Under the pieces are notes generated by a model that saw only the letters and a program-made list of their open reading frames with translations, was not told the origin of the DNA and did no database searches. A stretch of 64,000 nucleotides of DNA. Origin: Candidatus Moranbacteria bacterium UBA1362 (GTDB lineage Bacteria; Patescibacteriota; Minisyncoccia; Moranbacterales; GWC2-37-73). The translations under genes and the position numbers were made by a program. This document shows, in pieces, positions 30,190-39,819 of this stretch (within the stretch, counting starts at the first letter, position 1; every line of letters begins with the position of its first letter). Location of the stretch: positions 8,133 to 72,132 of the forward strand of contig DBRS01000004.1 in the NCBI GenBank assembly GCA_002306085.1, written 5' to 3'.

Positions 30190-30756
30190 GTGACAAGAAC
30201 TTTTGTCATAATTTTGTTTGCATGTGCTTTTAGTTTTTTGGCGTAGTCATGCGATGACGACGACAATTGTGAATTCTGCGGCCTTGATGATTGCAGCGGG
30301 GATTGCGAAAGATCGGCAGAAATATCGTATGACTCCGAATCCAACGTGTTGACAGTTTTCTTCCCGACGGATAGCGAGGGAAACTTTGTGAATTTTGTGA
30401 AATATGGCGAGCCGGCAACGCTCGTAATTGATGAGTGTGATGAGTTTCCCCAGCCGAACCTTGAAAACGATTGCGAGGGAGGATGGCCGGAAGCTGATCC
30501 GAATGTTCCGGGTCTTCCGGGACATTTCCTCGATGAGAACACTGCCATATTTTATCTGGAAAAGGACGGCGGAATCGGGCTACCTGCGCTCATCAGCGAT
30601 GGAGTCATCTATAACGTCAATATTGACATGGTTGTTTCGACAGGAGGCCCGATCATAAAAAGCAAGGAGAATAGTGACGGCCTGCTCTACTGGGAAACTG
30701 CCCAAATTGATGGAAATATCAATCATGAATTTTTTTGTGACAAGGAAGATCACTGA
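30190..30756 (+). pseudogene. Lipoprotein gene interrupted by an in-frame TAG (signal peptide, stop, Cys/Asp-rich mature domain)
   Basis: GTG 30190 with good RBS encodes VTRTFVIILFACAFSFLA, then TAG at 30244-30246. The same frame continues SCDDDDNCEFCGLDDCSGDCE... into ORF 30346-30756. Confidence 0.4.
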
Positions 30757-30793
30757 AATTGTGACGGTGTGCAAAACACACCGTCTTTTAATA

Positions 30794-30822
30794 TTGACAT
30801 TTATTGAAATTTGGAGTATAAT
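30794..30822 (+). promoter_or_regulatory. Consensus sigma70 promoter TTGACA-N17-TATAAT
   Basis: ttgaca at 30794-30799, 17-nt spacer, tataat at 30817-30822. Drives the lipoprotein gene at 30884. Confidence 0.6.
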
Positions 30823-30883
30823 TAAGGGTTGGATCATTTACAAAAAAATAAATGGCTTTACCAAGCCAAAAGGGAGGGATAAC

Positions 30884-31822
30884 ATGAAAAAGATTGTCGA
30901 AGTTGCAGGCTTTTTGCTCTTACTGGTGTTGGTTTCATGCGGCGGCGGAAGCAGTCATGATGATGGTGGCGGAAATACGAAAGTTTTTCCCAGCGTAAAC
31001 ATAACGCAAGACGAGCTCGACAATGCCGTGGCAAAGCTGGAAGTTTTTTCCGACCACGGCGTGTTCTATCCAGCCATGGTGGGCGAATATATCGTCCATC
31101 TATCCGACGGTGAGCAGGAATGCTATGCCGACAAAAACGAGATCGCGGAGATTTACTGGAATGACGAGTTTGGTGGATTTCACGCGGTCGATCCTGAAAA
31201 GGGATTGAAGCTCGAATGGGACCCGGAAAATCCGGTGCTTGAAATTCCGGGAGAGATCGCATCATCGGGAGCCACCATCAGTTTTGTGCTGAATGACGGC
31301 AGGGAGCTTTCCATCATAACCGATGAGAAGTGGCTCGTTTTCGAATGTGAAGAAGGCATGTTCGCCAAAGTTACGGAAAACGGGCTCATATGCATCGGCT
31401 ATGACGATGGGATTGCTCCACCCCAGACATTACCGGAACTCACCAAGATCGAGATAAACACAGTGACCGGAACGATCCAAATCACTCCAGGTTTCCAGAA
31501 CGGAAAAATTTTCTACCTGGTTGATTCAAATCCGGTGGAAACTGTATGCGATTCTGACGGAAACATTACATCCGAATATGAAGTCGCATGGAACGATGTG
31601 TATTCCTGGTATCCCACTCGCGGGATTCTTGCTGATCTTGCGTTGCCGCAAACGTTGATTTTGAATGCGGCAAATGCAGCAGGATGCGGGGAGGGCATGC
31701 CTTACCTCGTAAGGCCTGATAGGTCATATGTCTCGTTCAACACTGAAAAATGCATTGTGTTTGTTGACGGAGTGGATGTAACCGCAACTGCCATAGGCAG
31801 CGACGGACTCATTCACTATTAA
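30884..31822 (+). CDS. Hypothetical lipoprotein (secreted, Gly/Asp-rich N-terminus)
   Basis: MKKIVEVAGFLLLLVLVSCGGGSS: signal peptide with lipobox LVSC. RBS agggaggga. Upstream extension of the ORF track is judged spurious. Confidence 0.6.
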   Translation: MKKIVEVAGFLLLLVLVSCGGGSSHDDGGGNTKVFPSVNITQDELDNAVAKLEVFSDHGVFYPAMVGEYIVHLSDGEQECYADKNEIAEIYWNDEFGGFHAVDPEKGLKLEWDPENPVLEIPGEIASSGATISFVLNDGRELSIITDEKWLVFECEEGMFAKVTENGLICIGYDDGIAPPQTLPELTKIEINTVTGTIQITPGFQNGKIFYLVDSNPVETVCDSDGNITSEYEVAWNDVYSWYPTRGILADLALPQTLILNAANAAGCGEGMPYLVRPDRSYVSFNTEKCIVFVDGVDVTATAIGSDGLIHY

Positions 31823-31883
31823 AATCGAAGGCGGGTTGTGCAAATTTGCGCAATCCGCCTTTTAAAATATTTAAGGCAGGGTA

Positions 31884-31912
31884 TTGACAAAAATTGATTT
31901 TTGTACTAATAT
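31884..31912 (+). promoter_or_regulatory. Sigma70 promoter TTGACA-N17-TAATAT
   Basis: ttgaca at 31884-31889, tgtac-taatat at 31907-31912. 30 nt upstream of the ATG at 31943. Confidence 0.5.
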
Positions 31913-31942
31913 AACCTGTTAAGTATATAAATCGGTAACAAT

Positions 31943-32641
31943 ATGCAATTTAATCAGATTTTACCTTTAATAAGGCTCAAATTGGCCGGGATCATAATGT
32001 TCGGTCTGCTTGTTGCCGCTTTTTCTTTTCTTGCGCTTGTTGTGAAAGAAAAGAATTTCAAGGTTAATACGGCATATCTTATTGTCCAAAATCAGGGATT
32101 GAATGAAGATTATTACACTCTTTCCAAGTCTGCCGAATATGTCGGGAAAGTTCTTGGCGAAGGAATTTATAGCGAGCTGTTCATCGACGAGGTTTTGAAA
32201 ACAGGCAAAGTAAATCCTGAATTTTTGCCTTTCGACAAAAAAGAAAAAATGAAAGAGTGGGGCAAGAATGTTGAAGTTAGACGCAATCCGGATCTCGGAA
32301 TCATGAGCATTGAAGTTTTTGATAACGGACAGGGCCAGGCTCTTGCCGTCTCAAATGCCATAAGCGAGGTATTGATTTCAAAAAACAGTCAGTTTTTGGG
32401 AGAAGGGAAAAACATAAGCATCAAAATTATTTCAGGGCCGATTCTTGAAAAGAATCCGTCCATCGAAAACATTTCCGCAACAGTAATGGGAGGCTTTGTG
32501 TTGGGGATAATGTTCAGCGCTCTTTGGATAATATCCAAGGAAGAAAGGAGAATGAGAAGAATTTTTTCCGTGAATACTGCAAAACGCGCAGAAAACGATG
32601 GCGCCGAGGAATATATGGAAAGCTTGAATTATATCAAATAA
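31943..32641 (+). CDS. Polysaccharide chain-length determinant (Wzz/PCP-like) protein, putative
   Basis: Topology TM, soluble domain of about 150 aa, TM (GGFVLGIMFSALWIIS), short basic tail. Resembles Gram-positive CpsC/Wzz-type co-polymerases. Confidence 0.45.
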   Translation: MQFNQILPLIRLKLAGIIMFGLLVAAFSFLALVVKEKNFKVNTAYLIVQNQGLNEDYYTLSKSAEYVGKVLGEGIYSELFIDEVLKTGKVNPEFLPFDKKEKMKEWGKNVEVRRNPDLGIMSIEVFDNGQGQALAVSNAISEVLISKNSQFLGEGKNISIKIISGPILEKNPSIENISATVMGGFVLGIMFSALWIISKEERRMRRIFSVNTAKRAENDGAEEYMESLNYIK

Positions 32642-32810
32642 AATGCATATAATTGCAAGAAGTATTGTCAACAAAATAATCTTTCTTGAAATTAAATTAT
32701 TTTGGGTGTATCGGGAATTTTTGTCAGGCAAGAATTTCCGCATAGGCTCGAAATAGGTTCGGGTCAGTAGCTTGAAAAAATACGCGTAAGCGAGAGAGGG
32801 AGGAGATATC

Positions 32811-33602
32811 ATGAAGAGGATCATATCGATTTTGGCAACAACGGTCTTTCTGGCGGCGCTGTTTTCTGGAAGCGCCATGGCAACGGGTGAGGAATTGGTC
32901 ATTTCCGAGGAACAGGCTCAGCCCGCGAAGGTTTGGGGAAGTTTTCCCGAAGCCTCAATTTGGGCGGGAGCCTGGATAAATCCGAAAATGGACACTCAGG
33001 GGTTGTGGGCTACTGCAAAGTATCTGGAGTGGTTCACAAAGTATGAAAAACCCGAAAACTTCGGCATCGGTGCTAAAGTTCGCGGAGATTATGGATGGAA
33101 ATCTATGGATGGTTCTGATCCTAATTGGAGCTACTATGCTCCCGGTCCGTCTGTGGGCTATTACCGCGGACTGACTCTTCGCGATTCAATTGAAGCGGAT
33201 TTTTCATTGCTATATCGCTTCGACAAAAATCGTGATGACGGATTCATGCCGGATCTTCATGCGGAGTATAATCGGATTTTGGGCTACAAAAATCGGCTGA
33301 CACTCCAAGTGGATGCGGTTTACTTTGAAGACGATAGCTGGGTTGGTCCTGGTGCATATTTGCATCACAGACTGAATAAAGACTGGAAAGTAATTCCTGG
33401 TGTCGGAGCGAGTTTGAGCTGGATTGATGGAGACTATATCTCCGGATTCCAGCCGTCGCTCAAGTTCAAGTATCGCAACAAGTGGACAATCGGCGCAACA
33501 GCCAACCTGTTCACAGGAAACGGTTCGTTTTTTGGGATTGTCGCGGCGTATGAATTTACGCCCGACATAAACACATGGTACGAAACAAAGAAAGCTCGTT
33601 GA
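32811..33602 (+). CDS. Secreted hypothetical protein (signal peptide), aromatic-rich, possibly beta-rich
   Basis: MKRIISILATTVFLAALFSGSAMA signal peptide. Mature part rich in W/Y/G with alternating hydrophobic pattern. Confidence 0.45.
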   Translation: MKRIISILATTVFLAALFSGSAMATGEELVISEEQAQPAKVWGSFPEASIWAGAWINPKMDTQGLWATAKYLEWFTKYEKPENFGIGAKVRGDYGWKSMDGSDPNWSYYAPGPSVGYYRGLTLRDSIEADFSLLYRFDKNRDDGFMPDLHAEYNRILGYKNRLTLQVDAVYFEDDSWVGPGAYLHHRLNKDWKVIPGVGASLSWIDGDYISGFQPSLKFKYRNKWTIGATANLFTGNGSFFGIVAAYEFTPDINTWYETKKAR

Positions 33603-33622
33603 GAGCGCAAAAGGAGGTAGAA

Positions 33623-34699
33623 ATGAAAGCACTACGTTTATTGGTCCTGTGTTTCGTCGCAATCGCGCTTTCAACAAGCGCGATGGCATACACCGAACGG
33701 CTCACGTCGCCCGCAAGGGTTGACGCTGATCTGGTGGACGTGAATGGAAAGAAGTATATTCGCTTCACCTTCACACACACAAGCGCGGCTGATACGTGGC
33801 ACGATACACTTGTTTCTTTCTGTCCGGATCCGCTACGGGAAGGTTGTGATAACAACATTCCATTCAGCATAACAAAGATGGAATGCACAACCACCATGAT
33901 CTGGGACATTCCGCTCGAGGTTATCGCCGGAGGTCAGAGTGCTGTGAACTGGGCCTGTGATGAGGACTGGTTCAACACAAAATGGCTATTCCTTCCGGAT
34001 TGCAGAAACCTTACGGTAGGTCGGAATCTCATTTACTATAAGAGTCTTCCTGATCCGATGATTCCGAAGTCCGGCGGCATGCATCTTTTGTATGTCGGTC
34101 CGGGAGCGCCGTTTGTTCCCGCGTCTGATGATCCGAGATGGTTCAGGTGCGGAGGATATTGCGCTCCTTCTGCACCACCTATTGTGATTGCGCCTGTTGT
34201 TCCGGCGCCGGTACCTCCCGTGGTGAAGCCTGCAGAGCCTTGCAAAAAGCCGGCTTCGCCGAAGTCGATCTGCGACGAACCCTGCATACAGCAGATCAGT
34301 GAAGACACTTCGGCAACACGTGAATCAGTTGGTGTCATTGATAAGACTGAACCGGCTGATGAGCAAAAGTTGCAGCAGAAGGCCCGCAAGACTCTTGCAA
34401 TTTCCAAACGTGTGGAAACAAACACCAGTACTATTATTGACCAAAACAACCAGACTAATGACAAACTGGGGACGCCCAAGGGGGAAGGTCAAACGCTTTT
34501 CTCCGAGCTGGATGACGTTAAAGGGGGTGTAACCATTATACAGAATCAAGTGGATACAAAATTCAACGAGATAAAGGCTCAGGTATCCACAAGTTTCTGG
34601 GACAAATGGTGGTTGCTTATACTAGCCATAGCAGCTGCCATTATCATATTAGCCACGTGGGGGCTTACATGCTACTCTGGTGTACGCATAAAGGATTAG
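33623..34699 (+). CDS. Surface protein: signal peptide, Cys-containing globular domain, Pro-rich linker, C-terminal TM anchor
   Basis: MKALRLLVLCFVAIALSTSAMA; PIVIAPVVPAPVPPVVKPAEP linker; C-terminal WWLLILAIAAAIIILATWGL. RBS aaggagg before ATG 33623. Confidence 0.55.
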   Translation: MKALRLLVLCFVAIALSTSAMAYTERLTSPARVDADLVDVNGKKYIRFTFTHTSAADTWHDTLVSFCPDPLREGCDNNIPFSITKMECTTTMIWDIPLEVIAGGQSAVNWACDEDWFNTKWLFLPDCRNLTVGRNLIYYKSLPDPMIPKSGGMHLLYVGPGAPFVPASDDPRWFRCGGYCAPSAPPIVIAPVVPAPVPPVVKPAEPCKKPASPKSICDEPCIQQISEDTSATRESVGVIDKTEPADEQKLQQKARKTLAISKRVETNTSTIIDQNNQTNDKLGTPKGEGQTLFSELDDVKGGVTIIQNQVDTKFNEIKAQVSTSFWDKWWLLILAIAAAIIILATWGLTCYSGVRIKD

Positions 34700-34721
34700 C
34701 GAAACGCGGCTAATTCAAGCA

Positions 34722-34768
34722 GACCCCGGGTTCTCGATCGTGAGAACTCCGGGGTCTTTACTTTTTTG
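34722..34768 (+). terminator. Rho-independent terminator
   Basis: agaccccgggttctc-gatcgt-gagaactccggggtct followed by ttacttttttg. Confidence 0.8.
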
Positions 34769-34776
34769 CAAAAATA

Positions 34777-34785
34777 TGCTATAAT
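34777..34785 (+). promoter_or_regulatory. Extended -10 promoter element (TGcTATAAT)
   Basis: tgctataat immediately after the terminator, upstream of the Wzy-like gene. Confidence 0.4.
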
Positions 34786-34939
34786 AGAAGGTTAGCATGA
34801 ATGAAAAGTATGATAGTTCATTTTGATATATTTTGGCTAAAATAAAGCATATTTTAAATAAAATACTTTTTGCTTGTTAATTTCCGATTGATTTTCGATT
34901 GGAAATTTATAATCGAAAATTTAAAAATGGTAGAAAATT

Positions 34940-36364
34940 ATGGAAAAGGAAAGCGGCAGAAAAATTTCTCAAGATCTTTTGTATGCAGGCATACTTGTTG
35001 CTTTTGCGGGTCTTTTCGTTTTGGCAAATTATTTTTCAGGATTCAGTTTGCCGCTTTATGTTGCAACAATGGCGGTTGCGGCAGTTCTTGCAATTTTTCT
35101 GCCTCGCGCGGGATTCTATGCGATAATTTTTCTTACGTTTATTTTTGAAAGATTTTTCACATTGGCACCGATAATGATAGGAAGAGATGAATACAAGATT
35201 TATCCGATCGACGTGATTTTGGGCGCTGTTCTTTTTGGAATGCTTGTGCAGGTGGCGATGGGGAAAATTAAATTGCGTTTCAAGAAGATTGATTGGTTAT
35301 TGGCGGCGTTTTTTCTGTTCGTGGGCATGTATTTTTTGGCAAGTATTTTTGCGGGCGGAGGAGAGTTCAGCTTGGCGTTCAGCACCGCAAAAAATTATCT
35401 TTTCTATCCGTTACTTTACTTTGTCGCATATCTCCTCATTAAACATGTAAACAATTTGAAGGATTTGGGGAAAGTTGTCATCGCGGGAGCTTTGGGAATC
35501 GTGTGGTTCATTGTTTTCGGTCTCGCCAACAGGCATGGTCTTTGGTCGGATTTTACTCCTCTTTCGACTGAAGGAGTAAGGACTCTTGCGTTTACCCATG
35601 CTTTCTATCTTTCCATGACTTTGATTTTTGCGTTGGCATATACGGCGTTGAAATCTGACAAGGTTTCAAAACTTCTTTTGATTGTGTCTCCAATTTGGAT
35701 TGTCGGAATCGTGGGCTCGATGATGAGACATCTTTGGATAAGTCTTTTTGTCGCAGCGGTTTCTATGATGTTTTTGCTTTCGCGCAACAGCAGAGAAATG
35801 CTCAAAAATTATGCGGGAAAATATTTGATTTTTGCGATCTTCGCATCAGCGATGCTTTTCTATGGGGCAACTCTTTTTCCGCGTTCTGCTACGTATGAAG
35901 CGCTTGAAAATTCTTTGGGAATTGTTCAAAACCGCGTGGTTTCCGTTGCCAACACATCCGGAGATGAAAGCATCCTTTGGAGAAGCGAAATTTGGAAACA
36001 AGCAACAAAACAATATCTTGAAAATCCCGTCTTAGGCATAGGATTCGGAAAACTCATTCCGGTGGAAATCGGAAAATATCATGATTTTGTCGAGGCAAGA
36101 AACATTCATAATTCATTTCTGGCGCTTTTGGTGCAGATGGGAATTTTCGGGATAGGTCTTGTCACGACGCTGACTGCGGTGCTTGCAGTAAAAGTTGCAA
36201 AGAAAAAATATTCGGACAAAGATGTGCAGATAGCCGCTTACTCATCGCTTGGAATATTGGCGCTTCAGGTTGTGGCGTTCATGTTCCAGCCGTATCTTGA
36301 AGCGAACCTGCTTGGAATATTTTTCTGGATAAATCTGGGAATATTGAGGCGATTGCATGAATAA
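34940..36364 (+). CDS. O-antigen ligase/polymerase family (Wzy_C) membrane protein
   Basis: About 12 TM helices. Periplasmic loop WRSEIWKQATKQYLENPVLGIGFG...H..NS typical of O-antigen ligase-like proteins. Confidence 0.7.
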   Translation: MEKESGRKISQDLLYAGILVAFAGLFVLANYFSGFSLPLYVATMAVAAVLAIFLPRAGFYAIIFLTFIFERFFTLAPIMIGRDEYKIYPIDVILGAVLFGMLVQVAMGKIKLRFKKIDWLLAAFFLFVGMYFLASIFAGGGEFSLAFSTAKNYLFYPLLYFVAYLLIKHVNNLKDLGKVVIAGALGIVWFIVFGLANRHGLWSDFTPLSTEGVRTLAFTHAFYLSMTLIFALAYTALKSDKVSKLLLIVSPIWIVGIVGSMMRHLWISLFVAAVSMMFLLSRNSREMLKNYAGKYLIFAIFASAMLFYGATLFPRSATYEALENSLGIVQNRVVSVANTSGDESILWRSEIWKQATKQYLENPVLGIGFGKLIPVEIGKYHDFVEARNIHNSFLALLVQMGIFGIGLVTTLTAVLAVKVAKKKYSDKDVQIAAYSSLGILALQVVAFMFQPYLEANLLGIFFWINLGILRRLHE

Positions 36365-37602
36365 TGAAACCTATGAGAATTTTGGAAATCAACAAATTCT
36401 ATAACTCAAAAAGAGGTGCGGATAAACATTTTATTGATTTAATCGCGCTGCTTAAAGAAAACGGGCATGAGGTCGCTGAATTTTCAATGTTTCAAGAAGA
36501 CAATAATTATTCGCGGTGGAATAAATATTTTCTTTCCAAGGTCGGATATGGAAGCGGATTTTCGCTGTGGGAAAAAATAAAAGGGGCGGCAAGAATGTTT
36601 TATTCTTTTGAAGCAAAAAGGAAGATAAATGCTATTCTTGATGAATTCAAGCCTGATATCGTGCATATCCACAACATCTACCATCAGATATCGCCGGCAA
36701 TTCTTTTTGAAATAAAAAAACGCGGCATTCCCGTTGTGATGACCGTGCATGACTACAAACTGATTAATCCGAATCACAGCCTGTATCTTGACGGAAAGCC
36801 TTATCAAAGATGTGCAAACGGGAAATATTATCAGTGCTTTTTTGACAAATGCGTCAAGAATTCATACGCGAAAAGTTTTCTTGCGTCTTTGGAAATGTAT
36901 TGGCACCGCTGGCTTGGAACTTATGGGAAAAACATTGATCTTTATATCGCGCCCAGCAAGTTTGTTAAAACCACTCTTGTGAAATGGAATATTTCTGCTG
37001 AAAAAATAATTGTCTTGCCTCATTTTATCCCGTTTAGAAAAAAAGATAGCAAGAGATATTCATTCGCGGTGGCCGACAAGTACGCTATATATCCCGGAAA
37101 GATTTCCAAAGAAAAAGGCGTTGATGCGCTCATCCAAATTTTTCTCAAGCAAAAAGGTTTAAAGCTCTATCTTGCGGGAGAAATCGAAGACGGATTTGAG
37201 ATTCCAAACCATCCAAATATTGTTTATCTTGGCTTTCTGAAAGCTGATCAGTTGAAGGAGTATGTGCGCAATAGCGCATGCATTGTTTCCGGATCAAGGC
37301 TTCCTGAAACTTTCGGACTCATCGCGATAGAAGCGATGGTGGAAGGAAAACCGTTTTTGGGATTCGACTCGGGAGCTTACGGTGAAATTATTGAAAATGA
37401 GCTGACGGGTTATATTGCGAAAAGCGACGAAGAATTCGCCGAGTTTCTGAAAAAAATGGAAAACGGCAGTGTTATTTTTAACAGTGATGAAATAAAAAAA
37501 CACGTGAAAAAATACGATCCTGAAAATTACTGCAAAAATCTTATTCAAATATTTAAAAATATTATAGACGAAACAAATACCAAAAGAAAAAATATCTATT
37601 GA
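36364..37602 (+). CDS. Glycosyltransferase family 4
   Basis: GT-B fold with C-terminal SRLPETFGLIAIEAMVEGKP. Start overlaps the upstream stop (ATGA). Confidence 0.85.
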   Translation: MKPMRILEINKFYNSKRGADKHFIDLIALLKENGHEVAEFSMFQEDNNYSRWNKYFLSKVGYGSGFSLWEKIKGAARMFYSFEAKRKINAILDEFKPDIVHIHNIYHQISPAILFEIKKRGIPVVMTVHDYKLINPNHSLYLDGKPYQRCANGKYYQCFFDKCVKNSYAKSFLASLEMYWHRWLGTYGKNIDLYIAPSKFVKTTLVKWNISAEKIIVLPHFIPFRKKDSKRYSFAVADKYAIYPGKISKEKGVDALIQIFLKQKGLKLYLAGEIEDGFEIPNHPNIVYLGFLKADQLKEYVRNSACIVSGSRLPETFGLIAIEAMVEGKPFLGFDSGAYGEIIENELTGYIAKSDEEFAEFLKKMENGSVIFNSDEIKKHVKKYDPENYCKNLIQIFKNIIDETNTKRKNIY

Positions 37603-37627
37603 CAAAATCCAAAAAAATTGCTATTAT
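37599..37627 (+). promoter_or_regulatory. Sigma70 promoter TTGACA-N17-TGcTATTAT
   Basis: ttgaca at 37599-37604, extended -10 tgc-tattat at 37619-37627. 24 nt upstream of ATG 37651. Confidence 0.55.
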
Positions 37628-37650
37628 ATAAGGTTCTAAACAATTAATTT

Positions 37651-38610
37651 TTGAAAAATATGAAAAGCTTGAAAAATCGCTTATTCAGGGGAAAATTGGA
37701 GGTTATAGGAAGCCTTGTGCTTATAGCCCTCTTTGTTATTCCTTTGCTTTCTTTTGCGGGCGGCAGAAAAGACATCTATGTCAGCGCCAACGCAAAAGGT
37801 ATTGAAGATGGCTCTGCAAAACATCCTTATAGAACAATCTCTGAAGCTTTAGTGCATGCGGATAAGAAAACTGATGTACATGTGCTTAAAGGTTCCTATG
37901 AAGACAATATTGAAATTCCCAAGGGTGTAAGGATTTTCGGCAGCGGCTCTGACGATGTGACAATACGTTCAAGAAGCAGCAAAAAAGTTGTTGTCAGCAT
38001 GAAGGACGATACTGTCATAGACGGCGTTACCATTAAAAAGGGCAAGAACGGAATCTGGATTAAGGGCGACGCTGAAGTCTCAATTGTTGATTGTGTTATC
38101 CGCGATAATGAATCCGACGGGATAAAAATAGCCAAAGGTAGCACCAAGCACGACAAAGTAAGTATTACCAACAGCAGGATTGAAGATAACGGCAAAAGCG
38201 GAATTTATTCAGGCAAGAGAAGAATTGTTTTGATAAACAATGAAATCATTGGCAATGACAAAGACGGGATTGATCTCGCTGCTGGAGCAAGCGCCTGGAT
38301 GGAAAAGAATGAAATAAAGAAAAATGACAAGAGCGGAATCAAGCTCACTTTGGATAGAAGCGACATATGGATGAAAAATAATTCCATAAGAGACAATGAG
38401 AGAGAAGGGATTGAAATTAACGCTTATGGCGGGACAGGAAGGATTGATGTCAACAAAGCAAAAATAATTGGCAACGAAAATTTTGGTATCGCGAAAATAT
38501 CAAGAGCGGCATTTTCTCACAGCATTTGGAACGGATTAACCATTCATGACACCAAAATCATCGATGGAAATAAAAAAGGATCCATTTCCGCAGTAATATC
38601 TATATTTTAG
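37651..38610 (+). CDS. Secreted right-handed parallel beta-helix repeat protein (pectin-lyase fold)
   Basis: Signal peptide. Repeated about 22-aa units (NNEIIGNDKDGIDL, KNEIKKNDKSGIKL, NNSIRDNEREGIEI) typical of PbH1 beta-helix repeats. Confidence 0.7.
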   Translation: MKNMKSLKNRLFRGKLEVIGSLVLIALFVIPLLSFAGGRKDIYVSANAKGIEDGSAKHPYRTISEALVHADKKTDVHVLKGSYEDNIEIPKGVRIFGSGSDDVTIRSRSSKKVVVSMKDDTVIDGVTIKKGKNGIWIKGDAEVSIVDCVIRDNESDGIKIAKGSTKHDKVSITNSRIEDNGKSGIYSGKRRIVLINNEIIGNDKDGIDLAAGASAWMEKNEIKKNDKSGIKLTLDRSDIWMKNNSIRDNEREGIEINAYGGTGRIDVNKAKIIGNENFGIAKISRAAFSHSIWNGLTIHDTKIIDGNKKGSISAVISIF

Positions 38611-38661
38611 GACAGTATCTTTAATCTGCTGATAAATTTCATTTTTGTCAGCAAGACCCTT

Positions 38662-39819
38662 ATGAAAATAGCATTTATCGGACAAAAAGGCATACCAGCA
38701 AAGTCGGGCGGTATCGAAAAGCATGCTGAAGAGATGTCGGCGAGGATGGCCAAAATGGGTCATGAGGTTTTTGTCTATGTCAGGAACAACTATACTTCCA
38801 AAAAAATGTCAAAATTTAAGGGAGTTAATCTTATTCATCTTCCCAGCATAGGTACGAAGCATCTTGATGCGATAAGTCATACTTTTTTTGCCAGCGTTCA
38901 TGCTTTGTTTTGCGGATATGACATTATTCATTATCACGGCATCGGACCGTCTCTTTTAAGCTGGATTCCGAAATATCTGACTTTCAGGACAAAAGTAGTG
39001 TCGACTTTCCACTGCCAGGATTATTTTCATCAAAAATGGGGATGGTTCGCGAGACTATCATTAAAAATCGGTGAATATATATCTTGCCATGTGCCGCACA
39101 AAACAATTGTCGTCAGCAAGTCGCTGGCTGAATATGTGAAAGAAAAATACAACCGTAACGCTTTCTATATACCCAATGGCGCAGACGTAAAAATATCCAA
39201 GAGAACCGACAAGATCAAGCAGTGGGAATTGAAAGAAAGAAAATATATCCTTTCACTGGGCCGGCTTATAAAGCACAAGGGTATACATTATCTTATAGAA
39301 GCGTTCAAACAACTTGAAGATACCGCAAAGACTCCAAACAATTTCAAGCTTGTGATAGTCGGAGATGGTTTTCATACTGACGACTATGTGCGTTATTTGC
39401 ACACCATTGCCTACGGTAGGGAAAATATCATATTTACCGGTGCGCAATCGGGAGAAACGGTGAGACAGTTGTTCTCGCACGCATATTTGTTTGTGCAACC
39501 TTCCGAATCCGAAGGGATGTCCTTGGCGCTTCTTGAAGCGATGGGATACGGCCTTGCGCCACTTGTCAGCGATATAAAAGAAAATGTTGAGGTTGTAGGA
39601 GAAGAGGGTGTAACATTTGCTTCGAAATCAGTGTCGGATCTTAAAAGCAAATTGGCGTATCTTTTGAGCCGTCCGGACGAAGTTGCAAAATTTGGAGAAA
39701 ATGCCAACAAAAGAGTCAGGGAAAAATACGGATGGGATTCGATTGCCCGCGAAACTCTTGAAGTTTACGAGGCAGCCATAATGAAAAACAATGAACACGT
39801 TGAAGCTAAAATTGGATAA
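38662..39819 (+). CDS. Glycosyltransferase family 4
   Basis: MKIAFIGQKGIPAKSGGIEKHAEE N-terminus and SESEGMSLALLEAMGYGLAPLVS motif. Confidence 0.85.
   Translation: MKIAFIGQKGIPAKSGGIEKHAEEMSARMAKMGHEVFVYVRNNYTSKKMSKFKGVNLIHLPSIGTKHLDAISHTFFASVHALFCGYDIIHYHGIGPSLLSWIPKYLTFRTKVVSTFHCQDYFHQKWGWFARLSLKIGEYISCHVPHKTIVVSKSLAEYVKEKYNRNAFYIPNGADVKISKRTDKIKQWELKERKYILSLGRLIKHKGIHYLIEAFKQLEDTAKTPNNFKLVIVGDGFHTDDYVRYLHTIAYGRENIIFTGAQSGETVRQLFSHAYLFVQPSESEGMSLALLEAMGYGLAPLVSDIKENVEVVGEEGVTFASKSVSDLKSKLAYLLSRPDEVAKFGENANKRVREKYGWDSIARETLEVYEAAIMKNNEHVEAKIG

Noticed and set aside
30244-30246. Possible stop-codon reassignment (alternative genetic code) suggested by the in-frame TAG
   Set aside because: TAG, TGA and TAA all terminate well-supported genes at their expected homologous C-termini: htrA ends in TGA, pgeF and the second tag-protein in TAG, dnaK in TAA. 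The standard code 11 applies.
30674-30883. Upstream 70-codon extension of the lipoprotein ORF, overlapping the 30346-30756 ORF
   Set aside because: A consensus promoter (30794-30822) and RBS precede ATG 30884. The extension lacks a signal peptide, while the 30884 start gives a textbook lipoprotein signal.
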